DNA from: Phyllobates terribilis
Taxonomy: Eukaryota
Reading direction: 5' to 3'
Length of the DNA stretch: 64,000 nucleotides
NCBI RefSeq assembly: GCF_046119375.1
Contig: NW_027362768.1
Span: 90,272,001 to 90,336,000 of the forward strand
Every line of letters starts with the position of its first letter. Position 1 is the stretch's first letter. The notes under the pieces are model-generated. The model made no database searches and was not told where the DNA came from. It saw nothing but the letters and a program-made list of their open reading frames with translations. This document shows, one piece after another, positions 22,717 through 35,486 of the stretch. Made by a program: the position numbers and the translations under genes.

Positions 22717-23779
22717 GTCGCTAAGTCTCTCTTCTTTACAAATCCTTGTAAAACAAGGGAGCCAAAACACTACGAATGTCTCAATGAGAAGCGGCAGCGG
22801 GATGCTGATGTGGAAGGGTTTAATGCTGAGAATTCTAGATGTCACACTCACCAAAGATCCTTTGTCATGGCGACATTTTCGACACCAGAATCGATATACA
22901 CTGATATTATAACACTAGTGACTAGGAGAACTGGTGTTATATTAGTTATTGCTTTCACTGCACATAGAGAAAAATGGCAATACATGACCAAAACCGCTGA
23001 CCAGTAACGGGACTTTAAGTCCGTACAATCTATGAACCCTAATAATCTGTCTATTCTAACTTTTATACTCTACTAAATGAAATTGTTAAGTTGTCATTAT
23101 CTGAATTTACTTTTTTGGGGGGGTTATTTTCTTTTCTGGGGAGATTATTGTAGGATTTTCATTGGTGGTGTTGCAGGGAGTTGTAGCACTACAGTATTTG
23201 ATAAAAACCCATAATTCAGTCTTCATGCTCTTTTTCTACAATTACTACTTTGAGCGCCCTCATCTGGGACTGACTGACTAAGTTCTGAGTGAGCAACACG
23301 GGTAATGTGTTTAGGAAAATGACATTTAAATATGGAGATTGATTTTACTGGTTTTAAGGAGATTTCCGTTTGTACTGTTTTGAATAAAAATGCAAAAACA
23401 TATAAGGGAAAAAAGTAGCAAGATAACACAGCTCTGGGCCCATTTATATGGTGGGGAGACCCACTATGATAGTGCAGGAGAGAAGGGCAGGACATGAGAA
23501 AAACTGGACAATATAAAGGGGGACATATTGGAAACAAAGAGTAGGGGACAACACACAGGTCAGGTACAATCACCAGCATTCTACTACTACCAGGAAAACG
23601 TGCCAGTTCTTCAGAGGATCTACTATGAGAAGTAGCTTAGGACTAAGGCTGGGGTATTAGTATTTTTAAGAGCACAGAAGGGGGGCACAAAGAGAGATTA
23701 ATAATTTGGAGGTACAAGGAGGTTATTAGCCATCCTCAACTGCATATCTTTTTTTAATTGAAGAAAGCTGGTGGACATA

Positions 23780-25365
23780 CAGTGCCTACAAGTAGTATTC
23801 AACCCCCTGCAGATTTAGCTGGTTTGATAAGATGCAAATAAGTTGGAGCCTTCAAACTGCAAACGAGAGTAGGATTTATGAACAGAAGCATAAATCTTAC
23901 AAACCAAAAAGTTATGTTGCTCAGTTGAATTTTATTAAATTTTAAACATAAAAGTGTGGGTCAATTATTATACAACCCCTATGTTTAATATTTTGTGGAA
24001 TAACCCTTGTTTGCAATTACAGCTAATAATCGTCTTTTATAAGACCTGATCAGGCCGGCACAGGTCTGTGGAGTTATCTTGGCCCACTACTCCATGCAGA
24101 TCTTCTCCAAGTTATCTAGGTTCTTTGGGTGTCTCATGTGGACTTTATTCTTGAGCTCCTTCCACAAGTTTTCAATTGGGTTAAGGTCAGGAGACTGACT
24201 AGGCCACTCCAACACCTTGACTTTTTCCCTCTTGAACCAGGCCTTGGTTTTCTTGGCTGTGTGCTTTGGGTCATTGTCTTGTTGGAAGATGAAATTACGA
24301 CCCATCTTAAGATCCTTGATGGAGGAGCGGAGGTTCTTGGCCAAAATCTCCAGGTAGGCCGTGTTATCCATCTTCCCATGGATGCGGACCAGATGGCCAG
24401 GCCCCTTAGTTGAGAAACAGCCCCACAGCATGATGCTGCCACCACCATGCTTGACTATAGGGATGGTATTCTTGGGGTCGTATGCAGTGTCATCCAGTCT
24501 CCAAACGTCACGTGCATGGTTGGCACCAAAGATCTCGATCTTGGTCTCATCAGACCATAGAACCTTGAACCAGTCTGTCTCAGAGTCCTCCAAGTGATCA
24601 TGAGCAAACTGTAGACGAGCCTTGACATGACGCTTTGAAAGTAAAGGTACCTTACGGGCTCGTCTGGAACGGAGACCATTGCGGAGGAGTACGTTACTTA
24701 TGGTATTGACTGAAACCAATGTCCCCACTGCCATGAGATCTTCCCAGAGCTCCTTCCTTGTTGTCCTTGGGTTAGCCTTGACTCTTCGGACAAGCCTGGC
24801 CTCGGCATGGGAGGACACTTTCAAAGGCTGTCCAGGCCGTGGAAGGCTAACAGTAGTTCCATAAGCCTTCCACTTACGGATGATGCTCCCAACAATGGAG
24901 ACAGGTAGGCCCAACTCCTTGGAAAGGGTTTTGTACGCCTTGCCAGCCTTGTGACCCTCCATGATCTTGTCTCTGATGGCCTTGGAATGCTCCTTTGTCT
25001 TTCCCATGTTGACCATGTCTGAGTGCTGTTCACAAGTTTGGGGAGGGTCTTAAATAGTCAGAAAAGGCTGGCAAAAGAGATCTTTAATCCACATATGTGA
25101 AGCTCATTATTCTTGGTGCCTGAACTACTTCTTAATACTTTAGGGGGACCAAACAGAATTCTTGTGATTTGAGGGGTTGAATAATAAATGACACTCTGAA
25201 TTAACTTTTAACGTTTAAAAAAAACAACAAAAAAAAACAATATTTGCTGCAGTGCATTTCCCACTTCCAGGCTGATCTACAGTACAAATGTCACAATGCC
25301 AAGTTAATTCCGCATGTGTCAACCAGCTAAATCTGCAGGGGGTTGAATACTACTTGTAGGCACTG
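23780..25365 (-). mobile_element. Tc1/mariner element C
   Basis: TIR CAGTGCCTACAAGTAGTATTCAACCCCCTGCAGATTTAG at both ends with TA duplication. The empty site GGACATATCTG is present in unit 2 (~56188). Confidence 0.97.
24087..25016 (-). pseudogene. DD34E Tc1 transposase with one premature stop near the C-terminus
   Basis: [14 protein letters not shown] and SPDLNPIE with 34-residue spacing. TAG replaces the second Glu of MEEWAK. Confidence 0.9.
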
Positions 25366-25507
25366 TATCTGCGGCCATGATCCGCCATCAACTGGCATTT
25401 TGAGAACAGGGGATCGGTGCAGTCTATTAGGAAGTTGTATTAACAAGTGCAGGAGGAGAACCTGTCAATTGAAAAATCAAAGGTTGAATTTACCGGAAAT
25501 CCGGAAC

Positions 25508-25542
25508 CTATTGTTTCTTCTTTCTCTCCTCCTACGCGGCAT
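25508..25542 (-). other. Paralogous 35-nt Arg-rich mini-exon candidate (MPRRRRERRNN+AG), unit 1
   Basis: Lies in a ~400-bp diverged paralog of 22650-23010, with the same length and the same AG|GT position. Confidence 0.35.
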
Positions 25543-25751
25543 GTCTCTCTTCTTTGTGAATCCTTGTAAGACAAGGGAGCCAAAACTCTACAATCCAATA
25601 ATGTCTCAATGAGAAATGGCAGCAGAATCCTGATGTGGAAGGGTTTTGTGCTGAGAATTCTAGATGTCACAAAATCACCAAAGTTCCATTTGTCATGGCG
25701 ACATCTCTGACACCAGAAACGGTGTGCAATTGTATGATAACACTAGTGACT

Positions 25752-28124
25752 AATAATAATAATAATAATAATAATGATAATTTTTATTTATATAGTGCCA
25801 ACATATTCCGCAGCACTTTACAATTAAGTGGGGACATGTACAGACAATAAATCCAATACAAGTTAAGACAGTTTAAACAGTTACATTAGGAATGAGTCCC
25901 TGCGGTCCCTGCTCACAAGCTTACAATCTTTAAGGATATGGGAGGACACAATAGGTGAAAAGTGCTTGTCATTTCAGGTCTGGCAATTATGATTAATAGG
26001 GATTTTCATATAAGGCTGCATGATCCGGTCATCAATCAGTATGTTTAAGTGCAATAATCAAGTATCGAGTGCAGTTATCGTGTGCGTGGAGGGTGTGGAG
26101 ACAGATGAATAGTATGGAGCAGATTCAGAATAATATTTACAAGGAGGGAACAGGGGAAAGTTAGTTTACTGAGTAGTTGAGGTGGTAGGCTTGTTTAAAG
26201 AGATGGGCTGTTAAAGCGCACTTGAAGACATGGGGGCTAGGCATCCGTCAGATCGTCTGGGGTAGGGCATTCCAGAGAACTGGTGCAGCACGAGAGAAGT
26301 ATAGGAGACGGAGGTGCGAGGTTCGAATTATGGGGGATGTTAGTCTTAGGTCATTTGTAGAATGGAGGGCACGTGTAGGGCGATAGACAGAGATGAGAGA
26401 GGAGATATGTGGCGCCCCAGAGGGTTCGGTCGCCACAGAGGTATTGCAGCTCATCCACAAGTGTGGTATCTCACTCTCAGGTAAAGAAGGAATATGGGTC
26501 AGGACCCTAACACTACATCCACTACACCACATTTCCGGGGGACAGGGCGAGATTGCTCCTACGGGAGAGCACAGTCCCTGATCCCTGGCTGGAGTGGGGG
26601 GGAACCACCTAGAGAGGGGGAACTATGTAGTGGATGGGTGGAGAACGTAGATCCTGGGAGCACTGGAGTAGAAGATATAAAAGTAAGGAGCCATCTTAGA
26701 TCAGGCAGACACTCTGTGGAGAAGTGACAGGAGCGCAGGCTCTGCGCGAGCTCTGCTCCACAGGCAGGCCTAGACAGGAGGCCTGAGCCTGAAGGAGGGA
26801 GAAGGGGAGCAGGAGAGGCTCCAGGACGAGAAGAGAAGGGACCCCAGGGGTACGGGCCGTGCAGTAAGCCACCCGTACGCCCGCCGCTGCCAGGAGGTAG
26901 GGGGGTCAGGCCAGAGAAGGGGAACCGGGTCCCCAAGCCAGCAGAGACTACAGGACTCAACTGGGAACCGGAGGCTGCAGCACTTCAAGTACAGCAGGCC
27001 GTCCCCACACCAGCCACCAGGAAGGTAGCCGCATAGGGCCAGGGGACGGAACACACGTCGCCCGCCAAGGCCCGAGGACACTGGACAGAGGTTCCGCTAG
27101 GTGTGAGGTACAAGGAGAGAGGCCAGAGAGGACACACAAAAGGGGGTCCTGCTAAATGCTCCAGAGATACCTGAGGGTCGACCGAGCCCCTTACTGCGTG
27201 AGCACAGGACCCCGTGGGCTCTTACACTGGCCCTGTAACTGGAACTGATTTAACCGTGAGTAAAAGACTTGGGACTGCACTGCAACGTCTCCGTGTTATC
27301 ACTACTGACCCCGGCACTATCACCACCATCATCCTTACACTCTGCCCTGAAGCTCCACTCTACCTGTGGGGAGTTACATCACCTTGCTGCACATACCATC
27401 AGCTTCAGTGGACTGCTCCCCAGCGGTGGTTCCCAATAACCACATTCCACAGGTGGCGTAGTCGGACTATTTAAAACAGATACACATAGACTACCCCTGG
27501 TTTGACCGCCCTGGGTCACGGACCGGGTCGCAGCCACGGTGACTACAACCCCCAGCATTTACAAGGCCCGGCTCCGGGTATCCCCACGGCCCAGGGGGCG
27601 CGTCAGATATAAGGCGGTGCAGAACTGTGGAGAACTTTGTGGGTGAGAGCGATGAGTTTATATTGGACCCTTTAGCGAATGGGTAACCAGTATAATAACT
27701 GGCACAAGATGGAGGCATTGGTGATGTGGCTGGACAGAAATACGATCCTGGCTGCCACATTCAAGACGGATTGGAGAGGAGAAAGTTTGGTGAGAGGGAG
27801 ACTGATCAGAAGGGAGTTGCAGTAGTCCAGATGGGAGTGAATAAGAGCGACAGTAAGAGTTTTAGCAATTTCAAAAGTGAGAAAAGGTCGGATTCTGGAG
27901 ATGTTTTTAAGATGCAGGTGACAAGAGTGAGTGAGTGATCAGATGTAGGGAGTAAAGGAAAGGTTAGTGTCGAATATGACCCCAGGGCAGCGGGCATGCT
28001 GCTTGGGAGTTATTGTTGAACCCTCCAAGGTAATTTCGATGTTAGGTAGAGTTAGGCTAGTAGAGGGGAGAAACACAAGTAGTTCAGTTTTGGAGAGATT
28101 CAGTTTAAGATAGAGGGAGAACAT
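25752..28124 (-). mobile_element. 5'-truncated L2 (CR1-clade) LINE, copy 1, interrupted by solo LTR C
   Basis: LKLNLSKTE, SRLDYCNSLL and LHWLP-type RT C-terminal motifs in the unit 2 copy. (ATT)n tail. Shared by both units. Confidence 0.9.
26408..27605 (+). mobile_element. Gypsy-family solo LTR C
   Basis: TGTGGCGCCCC...GGGGCGCGTCA termini with 4-bp TSD GATA. The empty site is in unit 2 (~57225). Confidence 0.95.
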
Positions 28125-28739
28125 GACTAGTGTAATTGATATATTAGTTATCCCTTTCACTGTATATCGAGGAAAGTGGCAATAAAAGACCAAAACCGCT
28201 GATTAGCAATAGCTTCTGGTATTTTAGGACAGAATTAGCGCAGCAGACTGCAGAATAGGTGTGAATGTGGTCATAGCAATCTGTGATGTAGTTTATCTCT
28301 TACAATAATATAACTATAAAAAACATTAAAGGCAAACTATTTCTATTGTTCATTGCAGGACTTTCTTCTTAATATCCTTATATTAAAATATCATCAATCA
28401 TTTGTATTTAATAATTTAAAGTTAAAGTCCTGCTAAAGAATAGGAAAAATCTTGTGGTATCTTTACAAAGCATTCATGGACAAAAAACGCATATCAGGAC
28501 TGGACCAGTGTCTTCCTTAGGCCACATTATGTAAAAAGAAAAAGAGAAAGGGCGCATGTGTAGACACACAGGGCTGTTTGTATAAATTAAGAGTGCCAGT
28601 GCACTCACCTATAATGGTTGTGTACGTCTACACAACCAAGATTAAGCGTGTAGTTAGAAGGGCTCCGGGTTGCCTCTCACTGTTTATAATGCCGTCCTGT
28701 CTGTGTTTGTGTCGCAACTCCGTGCTCCTTGGATGGGCA

Positions 28740-29873
28740 TGTGGCGCCCTGCTGTTCATTGGTGCCACAGATCCTAGAGGGGTGCATGGACGGATTCCCC
28801 CACAAGAGGCCCTCATAGCATCCACACACCTCCACCTTCCACCTCAGACCACCAGAAGGAGCCCATTTGGGATATAAATAGGGAAGGTGGAGCTAGGCAG
28901 TTCAGTTCCTGAAGTAGATGAGCCTGAGAGAGGTCAGTCTGCAGTGGAGCTCAGTCTAGAGAACAGTTTCCTCAGGGGACAGAGGTAGTTCCAGTCCCTC
29001 TAGAGAGAGTTCAGACTCATAGAGCTCAGGTTAGTGAGCCTAAGGCGTGCCGACGCCATAAGAGCGGTGAAGAGTAGCGAGGCCTACTGCCAGTGTGAAG
29101 CCTAGTGAGGGCCCCGAGCGGCCGAAGGCAAGTGGAGTAAGCGAGCTACATAGGGGGCAGAGGAGCTTAGCCAGCTCACCCCAAGACCATTTACCGGACA
29201 CTGGGTTTGTGTCTGCAAGGATCTCTAGGACCAGCAGAAACAACCGGAACCCCTGGCGAACTATATGTCCCAGGAACACCAGAAGCTGACCGTTATACCA
29301 GGGTCAGGAGTCACTGAGGCCCAAGAAACCTGGGAGTGTGATCTCTAACAGAAGGCCCTACCACCAGGTCAGCCGGTGCAAGACAGAGACCAAGTTAGGC
29401 CTAGCTTCAGGCAGGTCATAAACTTACCAGGAAAAGGCAAGAAGCAGGAGGCCCAACACCTGCTCACTGGGGAGAGTTCTGAAATGCACCCTTCACCCTA
29501 CAGTGCCCTGGATCGTGCCTGAAACACCACCAGTAAAGGTATTGAAGTGAACCGTTGTGAGTGTGCCTAGTCTTCTTCTGACCCGGCTGGGTCCCCTCTG
29601 TCCTGCATCCCTTTTCCTATGCTGCCCTGAGGCCCTGCTCCACCTGTGGGGAGCCGCGCCAACCAAGCTGCCTGACCACCGGCCTCAGAGGACTGTAGCA
29701 GCGCTGGTGATCCTCACCTGACACCATGGGTGGCGTCACGAACTATTACCTATCCCATACACCTTTTCCCCATTCCTTCTTCGCCTTTTAAAGAGTGACC
29801 CCAGGGTACGGGCCCAGGAGCCGGCCACCGCAGCAACCCCCAAAACTAACAGCAAGGCCCGGGCGCCGAGTCA
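28740..29873 (+). mobile_element. Gypsy-family solo LTR D (divergent subfamily)
   Basis: Starts TGTGGCGCCC and ends ..GGGCGCCGAGTCA, with a related 3' block. No TSD was found. Confidence 0.6.
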
Positions 29874-30168
29874 AAATCCCCATCCCCTGTGCACGTCAGT
29901 CACACGATTCTGCCGGACCGGATACCACGTTACCGCAGGTCCTCAGTCGTTTTTCCCGGTGGCTGGGTAACCGCAGGTCTTCAAACCTCCAAATATGCCA
30001 GGCTGCTCCTGCCGCTTAGGCTCCGTGTGGAGATGTCTCACATGTAAACAATGGTACAGCGGTCTCAGGGAGCGCCAAAGGAATACTGGACAAGTAAATG
30101 GATAATAACCGACCTTTATTCTTCCTCCAATGCCACTGCCACAACGCGTTTCAACGGTCTAAGCCGTC

Positions 30169-30211
30169 TTTACCTGATGAAGACCGCTTAGACCGTCGAA
30201 ACACGTTGTGG
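30169..30211 (+). ncRNA. Minimal hammerhead ribozyme motif
   Basis: TTTAC-CTGATGA-A-GAC..GTC-GAAA-CACG-TT-GTGG. The opposite arm preserves CGCG at helix III. Confidence 0.6.
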
Positions 30212-30689
30212 CAGTGGCATTGGAGGAAGAATAAAGGTCGGTTATTATCCATTTACTTGTCCAGTATTCCTTTGGCGCTCCCTGAGACCGCTGTACCATT
30301 GTTTACATATTAGGCCACATTATGGGATGGAGAAGACACTGGTTCAGTGCCAAAACACGTAGCTGGTTTACTGTTTTCCCTAATATCTCATTAAATGTTT
30401 GAAAGACTTAGACAATAGTAAAGGGTTTCTTCCACTGCTTTTCTTTTATTGATCTATTGTAAGGATAGTTCATCATTATTAGATCAGTGGTGGTCTGACA
30501 TCCAACTATCAGCTATTGAAAATGCTGGTGACAGCCAGATGTTAGCAGTTGTAGAGCTGAACAGCACAGTTATGTCAACCATGTAGTGGCTGTTGTCGGG
30601 TACTACACATATACCTCTATTTAAATGAATGGAGGCGGATATGTAGTACCCGGCCATAGTCATGTCCTGGTTTAGTTCTTGCAAAATTC

Positions 30690-31068
30690 AATGACGCAAT
30701 TCGCAAAAAAGTCATTGTACGTTCTGGCGCATTCAGGCATCTGCTAACACAAGAAAGAAAGACATTAGCAATGATCTTAGAGAAGCAATTATTGTTGCAC
30801 ACCAATATGGGAAGGGTTATAAGTTAATTTCCAGACAACTTGCAGTCCATTATTCCACAGTGGAAAGAATATTCACATATGGAAAACATTCAAGACAGCA
30901 TACAATCTTTCCAAGAGAAGACTTCCCACCAAAATCACCCCAACATCAGACCATGCAATGTTCAGAGAAATTGCAAAAAAAAAAAAAACATCAAGAGCTA
31001 CAACTCAGATTCTACAAGCCTTAGTTAACTCGTTAAATGCTCAAGTTTTTGAAAGTACAATTATAATA
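30690..31068 (+). mobile_element. Old degraded Tc1 relic (5' part), shared with unit 2
   Basis: RKDISNDLREAII.AHQ.GKGYK.ISRQLAVHYS-like translation. The counterpart in unit 2 runs ~58540-61740. Confidence 0.7.
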
Positions 31069-32685
<1,617 letters not shown>

Positions 32686-35361
32686 TACAGAATTTAGTTG
32701 CTCACCTTTCCCCTTCGCTCTCAGCTGTTCACAGTGCTGCTATTAGTCCTGCGTAATCACAATCCGACCCCCCATTCTGGGCACACATCATTGGCAGTTT
32801 CCATAGCAATTCTCCCAATCATAGCACTCACTTTCCTGAGCAGTGTGCTTGTTCAAATGCAGTTATTGCTATATGTAACCATAGTGAAAAAAATGTAGAC
32901 TACAACAAACACTGATAGACCAGTAATGTATAGTAGCAATAGTAGAGAATAAAGCTGCTCACCAGTACTGTCACTCAAGGAGGAGCACCTTCCCCCCACA
33001 ACAAGGTGCTTGCATAATAATTTATGGGGGCAATGAAAGAGGAATCTGGGACTTAAGCAGGTGGAAAATTACTATGTAAAGGCTGGAAAGTTGTGAGATA
33101 TGCTCTTCTTTGACCCGACAATTATTATTTTTTGTTTTGGGGGGGCAATTACAACTACTGCTATGGGGCCCCATTATTTCTATGTACGCCCCTGCCTGTG
33201 ATGTATATGCACCAGCGTCTCCTGAGATGTGTATGCCTCAACCCCAGTGTATCCTATGTGATGTATATGCTACAGTCCGAGCATCTCCTGCTTAATGTAT
33301 ATGCTCCAGCCCCAGCATCTCCTCTGCTATGTATATGCTGCAAGCCCAGTGTCTCCTATGCGATGTATATTCTCCAGCCCCAGTGTTTCCTATGCCATGT
33401 ATATGCTGCAGCCCCAGTGTCTACTCATCACATCCCAGCCTCAGTAAAGAGAAGCAGTTCCAGCCATCACATTAGGGGCGAGTTAATTAAATGTTTGACA
33501 AAATATAGCAGGATAAATTTCAAGTTGATAATTTTGTAGTATGAGTATGAGTATATACTGTAGGGAAAGTAAAACAAGGGAATTAATGTGACACAAATAT
33601 GAAATTAAACAAGGTTTAATAGTTGAATAGGAGCATCAACTGTGGATCTAGGTATTACCAATCAAAGAGTGGAAAATATTTAAGGAGAAAATTGCTCTAT
33701 AACTTACCAGGAAAAATTACAACACTAATAGTGATATACATAAGTGGGAATCAATAATAAACCCCATGTTACGGAATATGGTAGTAAATAGTGATGAGCG
33801 AGCACTAAAATGCTCGGGTACTCGTTGCTCAGGTTCAGCAAATTGGAATACTCGGGTGCTCGACCCGAGCAACGAGCCCAATGTAAGTCTATGGGAAACT
33901 CGAGCATTTTTCAGGCGGCTCCCCTCCGGCAGTCTGCAGAGGGTCTAAAAATTGCCCAAATCGATGGGAACAGTGCTCAAATGACGTGGGGACAGCATGG
34001 GCAAGACCCCTGGAAGCATTTCTGACTCCCAGGTCACTTCTGACAACAACGCCACTATATTTCCCGGTATCGCCTCCGCCTTCCACAAGCACGGGTCCCA
34101 CAACATTACCCGTGCCCTCCCCAGTGCACTTACTGGAAAGGCCCGCCTAACCACAAACACGTGGACAGGTGAATGTGGACAGGGATGGTACGGAGCCAGT
34201 CCACAACTTTTTTTGCTGACAGTAGTATTTAGCTCAGTGAAAGGACTGGCATTGAGGGAAACCCTATCTACCCTGCATGTCATTTCTCCCAGGAAGTCCT
34301 GTAATGCAGCTTGTTGCAGAAGCAATGGCAGCCCATCCAACATCAACTCGCCCTTGTCGGTGATGCTTTGACACACAAACATCTTTCTTTGAGCATTTAA
34401 TTTCTTGGATACAGAGTTGGACAATAGCCTGATCTGTAATGCGGTTTGAGAAATAACATGCATAAGCATGGCCAATCCTCATTAAAAAAGCAGCCGTAAA
34501 GTGTCCGGGAACCTTCCCCCACACTTTTCTTAGCCAGGGCTGCTTTTCGGCAGGGTTGGACGGGCCCACCAGAGAACCGGAGACTCCTCCGGCGGGTCCT
34601 GGCTTCTCCTTCAGGAGAGTTCATAGTGCCGAGGTGAGGCCATGATGATGATAGAGGCCACCATCTGCTTAGTTTCCTGTTACTTGGAATGCAATTGCAA
34701 GTATGCAGCCAGAAACCCACCCACCCACAGGCCGCAACACTAAACTGCCAGATTTCTGGGCAGCTTTTTGCACTTGAAATATGGCCTTTTAAGCTCCTGG
34801 AGGAGGAAGCTTTTCACAACCTCATGCCGGCGGCAGTCGGGTGTCCATACTCGGTCCCCAGCCGCCGCTATATTTCCCAGTGTTGCCTCCGCCTTCCACA
34901 AGCACGGGTCCCACAACATTACCCGTGCCCTCCCCATTGCACTCTCCCAGGAAGTCCTGTAAAGCTGCTTGCACTTGAAATGTGGCCTTTTAGGCTCGTG
35001 GAGGCAGAAGCTTTTCACAACCACATGCCTCATGTCCATACTCGGTCCCCAGCCGTCACTATTTCTCCCGGTGTTGTCTCCGTCTTCTACAAGCGTGGGT
35101 CCCTGAACATTACTGCTGGTAGTTTTCTGTGGGAATTTGCTTGCCTCCTACCAGCCTGGAATATTTCCAGCAAACTATGGTATGACTCCATGGTATTAGC
35201 ACTGCCCCCAGTACCAGTAGCAAAGCCATCCCCAATTTCCTTCTCAGGAATTTTATTTGGTAGACTGAGTGGCTGCCCAAATACATTTTCTCACAAAGGA
35301 GCTGAAGATAAAGTGGCAGTAGGTGCAAGTTTCTCCAGCCTGTTAGATATTAGAGGGTGAA

Positions 35362-35486
35362 CGGCAGCACATTGGATCAGTGGTTAGCACTGAAGACTTG
35401 TAGCGCTGGGATCCTGGGTTCAAATCCCAGCAAGGACATCATCTGCAAGGAATTTGTATGTTCTCCCCATGTTTGCATGGGCTTCC
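35362..35486 (+). mobile_element. 5' part of a tRNA-derived SINE (V-SINE-like)
   Basis: A box TGGATCAGTGG and B box GGTTCAAATCC, followed by TTTGTATGTTCTCCCC.TGTTTGC.TGGG.TTCC. Confidence 0.7.

Larger units (their letters stand above)
28532..30309. mobile_element. Non-autonomous Penelope-derived element with a terminal hairpin
   Basis: 15-bp TSD TTAGGCCACATTATG (28517-28531 and 30310-30324), single copy in unit 2 (58160-58174). ~130-bp inverted arms at 30042-30308 with a hammerhead core at the turn. Confidence 0.8.

Noticed and set aside
28736-29880. TSD for LTR D
   Set aside because: The flanks GGCA and AAAT do not match, so the right boundary is uncertain.
35362-35430. tRNA gene
   Set aside because: A and B boxes are present, but there is no acceptor stem closure and the sequence continues into SINE body sequence.
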